Part shown: one piece after another, positions 39,270 to 51,597 of the stretch | How positions within the stretch are numbered: the first letter of the stretch is position 1 | How the letters are laid out: each line of letters starts with the position of its first letter | Origin: Paragordius varius | Taxonomy: Eukaryota > Animalia > Nematomorpha | Direction: 5' to 3' | DNA length: 64,000 nt | Assembly: GCA_964247055.1 (NCBI GenBank) | Contig: OZ176052.1 | Span: forward strand, 11,098,001-11,162,000 | The notes under the pieces: generated by a model | What the model saw: the letters and a program-made list of their open reading frames with translations, nothing else | What the model was told of the DNA's origin: nothing | Databases searched by the model: none | Position numbers and translations under genes: made by a program

Positions 39270-39905
39270 TTAACACTTCATGACCTTTTGAATTGGTTGT
39301 ATATACGAGATCGATTTAAAATTTAAATATAAAGTTAAAAATATGCTTTATTTGGGTTTCAGTGCATATGCTTCAAAAAACAATTGCGAAAAATTCTAAT
39401 CTCACAGTTATTCGCCGCCATTTTTTATATATTTTTTTAACTAACACAATAGGAAAATAAATTTATAATAGGAATAGAAAATGCAACTAATTAACTATAC
39501 GCTTCCAGGCTATATATACCACCAAAAACTTGAAATATTTTGATTTTATTATCATCGGTTCGTTTTGTTCGTGTTTCAGCTGTCCCAATTTTAGATACTA
39601 GAAGTTACAAAACTAAAATATAAGCTTTTTTATTCGATAACGAAAAACAAATATATAATTAAATTTTAACTAAAACAACTTTCAAAACATTATTTTATAA
39701 AATAAAAATAGCGTCGAAGTAGTTTGAGATGGAGCTTTTTTTCAAAACCAAATTTTATCAAGAGGCTTTGGCATATTTATATAATATTTATCAGGATAGA
39801 AGCATGAATTTAAATTGGGACCGTTTCCTTCAGTAGTTTTTTAAAAATATTAATTTAAATTTAGTCTGGGGTATTTAGATACCCCAATTTGAATCGAAGT
39901 GTTAA
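39270..39905. mobile_element. Complete piggyBac-like MITE, chimeric between two subtypes
   Basis: TTAACACTTCATGACCTTTTG at left and TACCCCAATTTGAATCGAAGTGTTAA at right. Left ~430 bp matches the 17.2/19.6-kb copies; right ~200 bp matches the 51-kb copy. Confidence 0.72.
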
Positions 39906-40646
39906 TCGAGGTGTTTAAAATTACCGTATTTAGCAAAGTGAGAATTTTCACAGTTAACAGATAGTTTATGTTGCAAATTCCGTATATTATTTCACACGTG
40001 ATTTTTTACATATTGGAAATTTTTCATTTTTTATGCCAATACTTTAAACTAAAAATATCTATACTATATATCGTAAGTATTAGATAATATATATTTTATT
40101 AAAATTTTTAAAAAACTTTCACCTGTTTAATTTATTTTAGTTTGCATATTATATTTATATTTATTTGATATACTTTACCTGTGATGGGATTAATTAGTCA
40201 GTTTTTCACATTTTATTGTTATTCCTCTGACGCAAGTAATTTTTAAGAATTATCTGGATATTTTCTCAAATTAATATTTTATTCAGCCTCTATTTTATTA
40301 TATTATAAACTTTATATGATAGTTTGTAAAAAATATTATTTTTTCATGGTTATTCATAAATTTTAGACTATTGGTGGGATGAATTCCGCTTGCTTACCAA
40401 ATAATTAAAGTTTTAAGATAAGTCAAAATTTGTATAATCCTACTAATTATTTAGAAATATATTGTATATGTGCATTTAAAACTATCAAAAATTTATATAT
40501 TTTGTACAGTTTTATGTATATGATCGTAATGAAGTGAAGTTAAATAAGTAAAAATGTTATAAAGATTAACTTAATTTATTATTTTTAATGATTACTAATA
40601 AAATTTGTATGAAATTTAAACAAGGTAAACCTTTGTTTTTAATTAA

Positions 40647-40675
40647 CGCATGCGCAAATTAAAATAATCACGTGA
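40647..40675. promoter_or_regulatory. Candidate ZFAND promoter motifs: NRF1-like CGCATGCGCA and E-box TCACGTGA
   Basis: Two adjacent CpG-containing motifs 65-90 nt upstream of the ATG in otherwise very AT-rich DNA. Function is inferred from motif match only. Confidence 0.4.
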
Positions 40676-40738
40676 TATATCATCCTTTATATGTTAATAA
40701 CTTATATTAATCATATGTTTTAATATCAGAAAGCTTTT

Positions 40739-42881
40739 ATGGAACCTGAAACGAATCAGCAAACTTCGGTTCCACAATTGTGTAAATCAGGTTGTGGATT
40801 TTATGGAAGTTCATCTACGGATGGACTTTGTTCAAAATGTTATAAAGATACTGTAATAACATCTCAACAATCAATAATGAACGATGAGTCTAGACATTCG
40901 CAGATTGACTTACTAAGTTCACAACATCTCAATAAATGTATAATTTTTATTATAAAAATTTATAGATGATGGCAATATATCCAAAAAATCTGAAGGCTTA
41001 AATTCTGAACAACTAAATGAAGTAAAGAATTTTTAATTTTTTAGGTTTTACATTACATTAATTCCAAATCATCTCTCAAATGCAATAATAATAACAATAA
41101 CCCGATCAATGTAACATCCGCAGAACTTTCAAATTTTCTAAAATCATCCAATGCATTTTCAGATTCCTCATTAATTAATTCAATAGCAAAATCATTTGGT
41201 TCTTCAAACGTCCAATTTGATGAAAATGCTCGCATGAATTTTGATGATGAAACAAATTCAACACTCGCCAACAAAATTGGTTCAGATCACAATATCAAAC
41301 AACCTGAACAGAAAGATTCTAACACATCTTCCTCTTACATTAATTTTCCATCACAATCAATATATCAATCCCCTCCATCCACATCCTCCACTTCTAAAGA
41401 CACTTTAGCAAAGCAATTATCAAACACATCTAATCAAAATCCGGTTAATACTACAGTCTCCTCTATAATAACCAGTGTTGGAAGCGTAGAAGATGCCTCT
41501 CAAATAACCAACATCAGTTCTTTAAATACCTCAAATATTGCTAACGATTCCACCAAAGGAAGTTATAGTGTTTCATTGCCTCCCACTTTGAATGATCATG
41601 TTTTATGTAATACAGCTCCTGTATCACTTGATGCCTCGCCAGAGGATAGTATGTTATCGTCTGCCTCAATCCAATCATCCCCTAACACATCCTTGTCACG
41701 TATAACAGACAATATCACACAACCTAAAAATAGGTGTTTTACTTGCCGTAAAAAAGTTGGATTGTCGGGTAAAAAGCTATAACTATTTAGTTTTTTATTG
41801 GTTTAATGAGCGGCATTTTAATATCGATTATCATCAATATATACAACACCTTTTTTATTGAGTAAATTCAATAAAATTTTGGCATGTTTAATAAGGGAAA
41901 CTTAATATTTTATAATATTGAAATGGTTCTGTATGATTTAAGATACTATGGATCTTTATTTTTGTATTCGCCCCTATTGTTTGCATCTAATAAATTTAGC
42001 TTCAGTACTAAGAACAACTTAAAATATGTGATTTAATGTATTTATCGGTTTATTTTATATATAATTGGTACATATTAAATTTTGTTGTTTTTGAAAACGG
42101 GTATAATGGGTTTGACCGATGCATAGGTTTAAAATTATTATCACAAGCTTGTTAAGCTGTTTAGTTCTATGATATTTTCTATTTATAAAGGCAATTATGA
42201 AAATGTCTTTTCTAAATAAACAATACGTTTTTACTAAAGGATTACTAAATATATTTTTCATATAACCGTGTTTCCAATGTTTTATACTGACCACTTCGTA
42301 CTAATTTGAATAATACATAAATTTCTAAAAATAAAAATATGTGTTTTGCTTTTTAATATTAGCTAAAGTTACATTTTTTATCTATATTCTTTTTATTTTT
42401 GACTATATATTATAGTTTGATTTAATGTTTTTTAAACCAATTTTTTTCCATAAAAAACTAAAAATATGGTATTAATGGTCATTTTATTTTTCATTTAAAA
42501 TTTATTTTATACAAAAAACGACTCTGAATCTTTTTTTTACGTTATAGAAATTTTAAAAAGTTGTTTTGCTGCTTATTTGATCGCTACAATCGTTAAATCT
42601 ATAAATTAAAAGTTTTGGCTCCATATTTCATTCTTTAATTTTCCACATTTTTGGTAACAGGCGTTATAATCTACCCCAAACCTCGTTATTTTTGTCAAAC
42701 ACTGTATTTATACTAATATATATTTGCATTAGGTTTCCCTTGCAGATGTGGTGGCACATTTTGCTCGGCCCATCGTTATTCAGATAAACACAATTGTACC
42801 TTTGATTACAAAGAACTTGCCCAAAAGGAGATTCGTAAAAACAATCCTGTCATACAAGCTCAAAAAATTCAGAAAATTTGA
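40739..42881 (+). CDS. A20/AN1 zinc-finger protein (ZFAND5/6-like), 4 exons, ~375 aa
   Basis: Exons 40739-40937, 40966-41021, 41045-41768, 42733-42881. N-terminal A20 finger [25 protein letters not shown]-terminal AN1 finger [41 protein letters not shown]...[16 protein letters not shown]. Confidence 0.95.
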
Positions 42882-44578
42882 TTGCAACCTATATATTTTT
42901 TCCCTTGTCCCAAAAAAGCTATAAATACATTATTATATGGACGTTTTTATTGAACATTTGTGTAATATACCTTTACATACCTAGCCTGTTTTCCCTTTGA
43001 AGTGTGTGTGTTTGTATATGATGTGTCTCATTTATTCTCTCCGAAATACAAATCTTGTTTTTTTATTTAAAAACAAACATAACTTTGTTTTAAAATCGTC
43101 AACAACAGCAAATTTTTACACCCATGTTTTTCACATGATATAATTTACCTTTTCGGTTGCATATTTGCTTTAAAGGGATTCATTAGATTTCTGGAATAAC
43201 TGTAACACATTTATTTTAAATGGTTTTCCACATGAAAAAATATTTTGTTGGCTTGTGCGCACCACGTTAATGTTTTCCCTCTGTTTTGTGCAACATACGA
43301 TATTTATGTTTTCTATGTGTAAATGCTGTTTGCAAAACCATTTTTTTAAAGAGTAAACATTGTGTTATTATATAATATATTGATTGATTTTGTAAAATGC
43401 ATCTTTCATGGTGTATATGAATATATTACATATGACACATAACACAAGCTTTTGCGAACATGTAAAAAAGTGCGTATATAGTTTATTATTATTATAAGGT
43501 AGTGCATATTTTTAATTAAAAATACTTTTGTAACCCTTTCAGTGTAACATAAGATCAAATGCCACATACAATTTTATTAAATTAGGATGGCCTATTCAAA
43601 AAGTTTTGTAAATGGTAATTAATGATTAGTCCGCCTATTAATTGATAGTTGATTGTCAACTTTATCAATTTTTGCATAGCCTTTTTACATATAATGATAG
43701 TTGCACATAACATAAAAAATTTGAAACTAACTTTCATGTCACATGTAAATGTGTGACGAAAATGGGACTACGCTCTTCATGCGCGTTTGTCATGTTCTTG
43801 TATTATACTGTTTATTATCACAAGCTTTTTTACCATATCTATATCCCATGATTTTTTAAGATAATGTTAGGATGTAAAAGCACCGCACATCACACACCTC
43901 AACAATGTAATAATATCTATCATCAATATTAAAACCACCAAATGTTGTGTTTATTTATTAATTAATATTTTATAGATAAAAAAATAATTTATTATTTCGT
44001 CATAGTCATTATATGCCTGAAATTTTTTCCTCGAATGTATCTACCTGTTTTTTTCACACAAAAATATATTTTTTTATAAAGTTTGGACTGTGTTTTGAAA
44101 GCAGCGAAAAAAATCCCTACAACTAATTTTCATCATGCGTATATATACACAAACAAACTCTCGAATTAACTAAAAAATATATATTGATATATTAAAATGT
44201 TACATTCTTAATATAATTATATTTACTATAACGATCAACGATTTCAAAATAATAAAGGTGTCCATTTATAATTATATTTTTAACACATTTTGCCTTCTTA
44301 ATTATTGTATAGTAGCTAGCTGTTTCTATTGATTTTTCCATTACCTTTTTCATGGAATTTGGATGAGCTAATTTTTTTCACGCAATACACTGAAACAAAT
44401 AATCAATAGATAATTTTTTTAACTTGATCAAGAATAGTTAATGAAATAGAAAAAAGTCTGATATGAGCTTACATTTTATCACCGCTTTGAAACCAGTTTC
44501 TGTAGAAATATAACTTGTAATCCTTTGCTAATAACAATCTTTATAGAACACGGTAGTGTCAGAGGACGAAAAACAAAG

Positions 44579-44844
44579 CCTTTTATGTATTGCATATATA
44601 CAGTCATTTATCCTTTATTTTATCAAAAAAAATTTTTTTGGTAAATGGGTATAAATATTTGGTAAAGAATGGAAAAAACAAGAGCTCCATGGTATTAACA
44701 ATATCATATTCATCAAAATAGTATGAGAATTACTATAAAGCTCTTGTTTTTTCCATTCTTTACCAAGTATTTACACCCATTTAACAAAAAAATAAATTTT
44801 TGATAAAATAAAGGATACATGATTGTTTAGCAATATATAAAAGG
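44579..44844. mobile_element. Foldback/hairpin MITE
   Basis: About 110-bp inverted arms (TTTGGTAAAGAATGGAAAAAACAAGAGCT / AGCTCTTGTTTTTTCCATTCTTTACCAAG) with an inner CAGT...ATTG core suggesting a Tc1-like origin. Confidence 0.75.
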
Positions 44845-46019
44845 TTCAACATGTTATATGCACCGTAAATTGCGTCCACTTGCCAAAATCTTGTAACATT
44901 TTGATATATTTGAACTGTTTTTTAGCACCACAACTTTGGGAAGGTAACTTTGAATTCTGCTAAGAATGGTTTTTATATAAATGCATTCATATCTGGTAAT
45001 ACAACAAATGCAACTAAACTAAAATTTAGCCAATTGTTACAAATTCCTTTTGGATATCTAAAGGATAATTAAATGAGATTTGTCTATAATAATTTATTTG
45101 ATACACAACTATTCCTAAAATGTAATAAGACATGTATTTATATTATTCCTATTTGAATACCGTAATAACATAAACAGTAAAATTTCAAAATAAATATGTA
45201 TACTAATCGTATTTTAATATTAGAAAAATCTGGAATGTTGGCTTTGAGACAATTTTTCAGAACGTGTGCAGGCCATTTAAATAAAAGTCTAAATTTCTAT
45301 TCAAATATAAATGCGCCAACTATATTCGGGCACATTTTTGATTTAGCACCTCATTTAACCACATTTCGCGTGAAAATATGCTACCAAATAATCCACAATA
45401 ATCGTGTCTTTGACACATTGGATAGGCGCGCATATGCTATATTTTATTGTTACGTGGCCCATTTTTTGAATTAGCCCCAGTATTTGACCGCTACTTCGTT
45501 AAAATGACATTTTATGAAAAATAAGTTTTCAAAAATGAATTTCTAATCATTTCCATAGTTATGAGATTAACCTAAATCAATATTGCTTTAATCCCAAAAG
45601 CAAAAATTTAAGCTCAGCGCTATTTTAAAAAGAGTGTTGGTTAAGGTTCCATTCACTGAAAAAAGCGCTACACTTTAATAATAAAGTTTCTTTGTCCATG
45701 CTATTATACCATGTAATATCAATTATGGATTCAAGTATCATTATAAAGACAAAAATGTTTGCCAATATGTTTTTTAATTGATACTGTCAACGAGAACGAA
45801 TATTTTATGTTAAAATAATAATTTGTATTCTCGTAAAATTTATTGAAATCAAACTATATCCAAAATTTTCGATACATGAGAGTATCTTTTTCAATGGATT
45901 AACTAAAATTAAGAAAATAATAATAAGATTAATTAAAACAAAATTTGAAAAAATATAATTATAAATTTATGATAACAAAAAATGCAAAGTGATGTGCATG
46001 TGTTATTGTTTTTTCCTTG

Positions 46020-47175
46020 GTGTGGTAAATATTTTGAAGTAATCTGTTTCTTTTAGGAAGTCTTTTGTGACTTTGTTAAGATCTTTCCTCTCTTCTCTTC
46101 TGTTTATGAGGTGTATACTGTTTGAATGGATAAAACAAGCCTCCAAAATCAACCTATCGGATAATTTGTCGGCTTGTGCTACAATGGATGCTGGGCCGAA
46201 GGTGTGACCTGTATTCTTGCAATGGTCGTAGATGGCCGAACCTTTTCTGTTGTGTTCTTTTAATATTTATAGGGCGTTTAGATTGTCCAATATAGTGCGC
46301 TGGACAATCATTACATCTTTTGTGGTAGACAGTACATTCGTTTTTTGGTTCTCGGCGTGGTCTTAACAGACTTAATAAATCGTTAGATGTAGTCTCTTTA
46401 TATACAAATATACCAATTGAATTAGCGTTTCAGGCGTTAAACAAAACAATTAATGATAACATAGATTATTTTAACAGCCAGATCCATCAAAGTGCGCTTC
46501 AATCCCTAATAAATATTGCGCTGCATAATACTTATTTTATGTTTAATGATAGTTTCTATAAGCAAATTCGCGGGACTCCAATGGGTTCACCATTTAGTTC
46601 AATCATTGGTGAAGTTTGCATGAGACTAATTGAGCAACAAATTTCGTCCAAACCTCTATACCCGTTATGTGGATGATATTTTAATCATCGACACCATTGA
46701 CAATATAAAAGTTTTTCAAAACATTATCAACAAAATATCCGAGTTAAAACTAACAATAGAGGAAGAAAAGAACAACAGTATCAACTTTTTAGACCTCAAT
46801 CTTACCCGTAGAATCAATAGTATATCCATACAAGTCCTTTTCTCTTACCAATTTTTACCCATTACGTCTAACCATCCAGTAGCAACTTACAAAGCCATAA
46901 CAAACGCGTTTATAAAAAGAACGCTTAGATTACCAAATGACATAAAGGTACGAACATCTCAAACATCAGAAATCGTAACCATATTACTTGATCAAAGTTA
47001 TAAAAAGCATTGGATAACAGATTCAATAAACAATACAAGAGAAAAACAAAATCCGCTCGAAAAATGTATTTGCCTGACTTATAACAATACATCCAAAAAA
47101 GTTAACAATATTATTACAAAAAAGGATGTACGTGTTTTTTTAATTAGCCGGTGGATAGGACTCCACCTTCTGTGA
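46020..47175. mobile_element. Penelope-like retroelement relic: RT fragment (+) with GIY-YIG endonuclease C-terminus in the opposite orientation (-)
   Basis: Plus strand: FNDSFYKQIRGTPMGSPFSSIIGEV and YTRYVDDILII...TIEEEKNNSINFLDLNLTR. Minus strand 46300->46050: GQSKRP..IKEH..KGSAIYDHCKNTGHTF...RLILEACFI. Confidence 0.85.
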
Positions 47176-47239
47176 TATAAAAAATAACGTAACCGTGACT
47201 CTAATTTTCTCCCAAATTATTAGACCGTATGATTTATAA

Positions 47240-47830
47240 GTAATTTCCATTATAAAAGCATAAATTTTAGTTCAGCGCTTTTTAGCCGCTATGTACAGCT
47301 CTATCCTATGTTAAGTACGCTATTATAAAAATGGTATGGCTTTGAAGTTAGTTTACGTCCATGTTATGAATATCAACTATAATGTTAAGTTTTTCCTGCA
47401 TAAAACACAATCTTTAGTCTGCACTTCTGTTAAATAAGGCACATATAAATATAGGGACTTTGAAACTAATTTTCAGAAATAGTCAAGCGCTTTTAAAGTA
47501 GCCGCTGGGTAGTGCTCCATCCTATGTTTAATGCTACACCATAAAAGGATATGGTTTTGAAGCAACTCGGAAAACCTATGGGACATACATATGGAAACAT
47601 GTTTTACGTATGGTCCGCATTATTACAAAAAAAATTAGCCCAGCGCTTATGTTAAATAGCCGTTGAATATGGCTCTACCATCTGTAAAATACGCCATCAT
47701 GTAAAAATAAAGGGGTATTAAGGCTAACAGAAAACTTATGACACTATATGGATTCATTAAAAATAAAATCAAAAATATTACGCCAAGCTATTTAAAAAAA
47801 CCGCTCTTTACGCCACCTTATAAAATAACC
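47240..47830. repeat. Degenerate tandem array (3-4 units of ~150-215 bp), related to the arrays at 58440-59290
   Basis: Recurrent AATT(T/A)AG..CAGCGCT..T..A..TAGCCG(C/T)T core at about 47265, 47480, 47635 and 47780. Confidence 0.6.
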
Positions 47831-49859
47831 TGAATTTCCAAGTTAAAACCCATACCCAAATGGATAATGCTTTTTCCAGTGGTAGTCATAAAACTTTACC
47901 GCAAAAAACATTTATCTTGTCTAAAACTATGCACTATATAATATCGATAAAAATTTCATAGCAGTGTGACACCTTGGATATATTTTTATTCAAAATAAAT
48001 ACATCAAAATATAATAATTCAAAAGTAGGGCCACATGCGCCCGTGGGTTGGGGTTTGAGTACCACTGTTTTAGACTTTAGAGCATTTTACCGAACGCTTA
48101 TGCTACCATATAATTATGAAGTAATTTTAGATTTTCAACAACACATTTTATATTTAGGGTGAATTCAAATATTCAAAAATGATATTGAAATTTCATGGAT
48201 GAATGTGAAATGTTCTACGGTAAGCTTGAAATGTTCGAAGGGGTCAAATATATATATATAATATGGTGTCATAACGTCCTCAAATTATATCTTTGGCACA
48301 AGATCCGTCATTCAGATACATGATGTGGCCATCCCAACATCCTGGGTCATGAAAGAACTATACGGTGCTATCATTCATGAATATTACCAAAATAATATGC
48401 TAATCATCTTGATATTTTATTTAGTTTGCCAAATTTAGAGTCAAAAGTTTAGTTTTAATAATTTTCGTATTTTTGAATAGGAAAACTCACCACCTTCACA
48501 AAATGTATGCTTTTTAATCAAATGAAACTACAGAACTTAGTTTTTATAGATTTTAATTTCAACACTTAGAGTATAATAGTCAATGATAACAACACCGGGT
48601 GCATTTGGTGAATCAATTGTCAAAGTACCGTAAGCCATTAAAATATTGAAAATAAAACATTTTCTACTAAATTTGGATTACAAATTTTTTGTATATATAT
48701 TCGATTAGTGTTATTTTGATGATTATAATAAAAAGCAAAGAAAAAATACAGTGCATAATCTGCGCTCTAAAGAGGATATTATCATAATTATTGCATGAGA
48801 GAAGGTTTATTGAGTTGTTGAAAAGTGATGTCAGGTATACATACATGGAACATTAACAAAATAAAACACGATACAACTATTATTACAACATTAAAAAGAT
48901 AATGTGTTTAATATATACTTTAATTAGATAAAATAAATGATTAAGTATAAAGGACTTATATTTGATTTTTTTGCGGCATAGGTCAGAGGCGTAGCTTGCA
49001 TTTCTGGCGCCGGGTGTATGAATCCTTGATGGTGCCCCCGTCCATTCCATGCAACCCTTGTATAAAAAAATAATCAAATTCAACCCGTTAGCGGGACGAA
49101 ATGTGGCCGGTCATAAACAGAAACACGTGAAAAATAACATGTACATTCCCCCTCTGAAAACCATGGATATCTTTTCAAATGTATCAGGACTTAGTTAAAT
49201 ATAAATGTTGTAAAAAGCAGTATTCGAACAACATTCGAAGGCGTGGACTAAAAAATTTTTTGGAAAATGACATGCGTCCGAAAAAAAAAGTGGCAAATCT
49301 TAGGTATTAAAAACATCAAAAAGATTGTCACAAAAGTTAAATATAAATTTTTATGAAAACTGCATCCATATACTAGCTTTCAAAGATGAATTTATTCTCC
49401 TTTTTTAACCTTCTCTCTGTTTATTTCCGTATTATAAATGCTTTACGGTGAATTGGCCTATTCTCATAATTAAGCAATTAACTTTTCTATCTCCATTTAC
49501 GAAAACCAAGAGTTTTTGTGAAAGATTATTGCGAGGTTGTAGCAAATAATAAACAACAAATTCAGTAGGCAGAATTGTTTTTTGGGTATTAAAGGAGCCT
49601 TAATCTTTCAATTATGATTCCTTCATTTTGACCGAAACGTCCAAAACGATAATTTGTTATTTCATCAAGATGCTTTTTTGGAATTGTTGGGAACCATGTT
49701 AATTAATTATGTACGAAGTTGATTTGTAATTAGAGTATTGTTATTGAACTTTAAAGAGACCACAGTTTGATTCAATGACAGATGGTACAATTTTATTTCT
49801 TATTTCATTTTTTGTTTGTGATTCCCTCGTATTATTATTATTATTAAGGTCCTCTATTG

Positions 49860-50325
49860 TATGGCTATCGTAAAAAATATTAAGCCGCCGTTGTTAGGCA
49901 GCGGTCTATTGTAAAAAAATATTGTGGCCCTGGTTGAACAGAGGTATTCTTTATTACGTTGTTGGGCAGAGGTGTTGTTGAATTATTATTATCTGAAGGT
50001 GTTGGTCGGATTACAATTTCCAGATATTGCGGCCCTGTTGTTTAGCAAAGATGTTGTTAATTATTATCTAAAAATACGGCCCCGTTGTTGGGCAGTGTTG
50101 TTATTTGTTTTTTCTCTGATGGTGTTGGTCGGATTAAAATTATCTGAAATATTGCGGCCCTGTGTTGGGCAGAGGTGTGGTTAAATTCTTAACTAAAAAT
50201 ACGGTCTCGTTGTTGAGCAGTGGTGTTGTTAAATTATTACTATCTGAAGGTGTTTTGTCGGATTACGATTATCTGAAAATATTGGGCCGTCGTTTTGGGC
50301 AGTAAAGTGGAATTGGTATTATGAT
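49860..50325. repeat. Complex minisatellite inside the hAT element (alternating CGTTGTTGGGCAG(A)GGTGTTGTT and GAAGGTGTTGGTCGGATTA units, ~130-bp period)
   Basis: Three or more imperfect higher-order units read directly. Confidence 0.8.
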
Positions 50326-51043
50326 TATTAGCATTTATGCAAATATGATTGCAACCTTTCTCTTAATTTTTGTACGGTATAATTTTCTTTCAAATTTCGT
50401 ATTTTATTTTGAAAACTGCTAGGTTTTGGCGGTTCTTAAATATTTTTCATATTTGAACTACTATCCCATCCTTTATTGGAAAAAACTTTAGTATATTAAA
50501 AAGCAGGAATTTAAACCCGAACCGTTTTAGGGACCGGTTTCAATTTCTAATTTTGGTTCCTCCATTTTATTAATGAAAAACTTTTAATTCCAAAACGGTT
50601 TCACTATATTTTGATCAAATTGAGACAACAGATAAACTTATACGTAAGATGGCCATGAAGACAAACAATATAATAAATTGTCGATTTAAACGCAGCTCTA
50701 GCTCACTTATCAATATGATTTATAAAATATATTTGATGGCCATATGTTAAAATACTTTTAGCTGTGCGGTTCATTATGTACATTAAAAATACACGATAAT
50801 GGATGTATAAAAATAATTATATAATCATATTTGATACCTCTCATAATGGAATAATGAAAAAAAGAAATATTTTAAATTCAAGAAGAAAGGACTAAAGTTG
50901 CAATTGAGCAGCGAAAAAATGGTTATAGGGAAACAAAAAAGGTAAAAGAAAAAACGCACTGCATAATTGGTATACCATTCCCTAAATTTGGAAAAAAATA
51001 AACAAAATTTTTTTCGGAATTGCTCTTTCTTATAACATCATTT

Positions 51044-51597
51044 TTAACACTTGGATACAACACATTCATTTCAGTCCTTCGATTCAAATTGGGGTAGTTG
51101 GATACCCCAGGCCTGTTTAAAATTAAATTCTTTAAAAAATATGGAAGGAATTAACCATGGCATTTGCTCTTTATAACATTAATAAACCGAAATATATAAA
51201 ATTTATTCAAAAAATTAATGATACTTATTAAGCTACAGCCCAAAGGTAAAAATTTAGTCAACGTGACATGTGTGAAATGGTAAAAATGAAAAATAATACA
51301 AAATAAACCGCTTTCTCTATTTCTATCAATGTAAGGTGTAATTTAATAAAAAATTAGCTTTGTTATACCTTTAAAATTAAATGAAGACGATATTTTGCGA
51401 AAATGATATAAAAAATGACGTCGAAGTAGTTCGACATGGAACTTTTTTTTCAAAACAAAATTTTATTTAGATATATTGGCATATTTATATAATTTTTATT
51501 AGGATAGAAGCATAAATTTAAATTGGGACCGTTTCTCACAGTAGTTTTTTTTAAATCCTAACTTAATATTAGTCTTATACCCCAATTTAAGTGTTAA
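51044..51597. mobile_element. Complete piggyBac-like MITE nested in the hAT element
   Basis: TTAACACTTGG, long spacer, AAATTGGGGTA at left; TACCCCAATTTAAGTGTTAA at right. Confidence 0.75.

Noticed and set aside
49630-49641. GACCGAAACGTC resembling the 3' half of a Penelope-type hammerhead ribozyme
   Set aside because: No upstream CTGANGA core or pairing stems visible.
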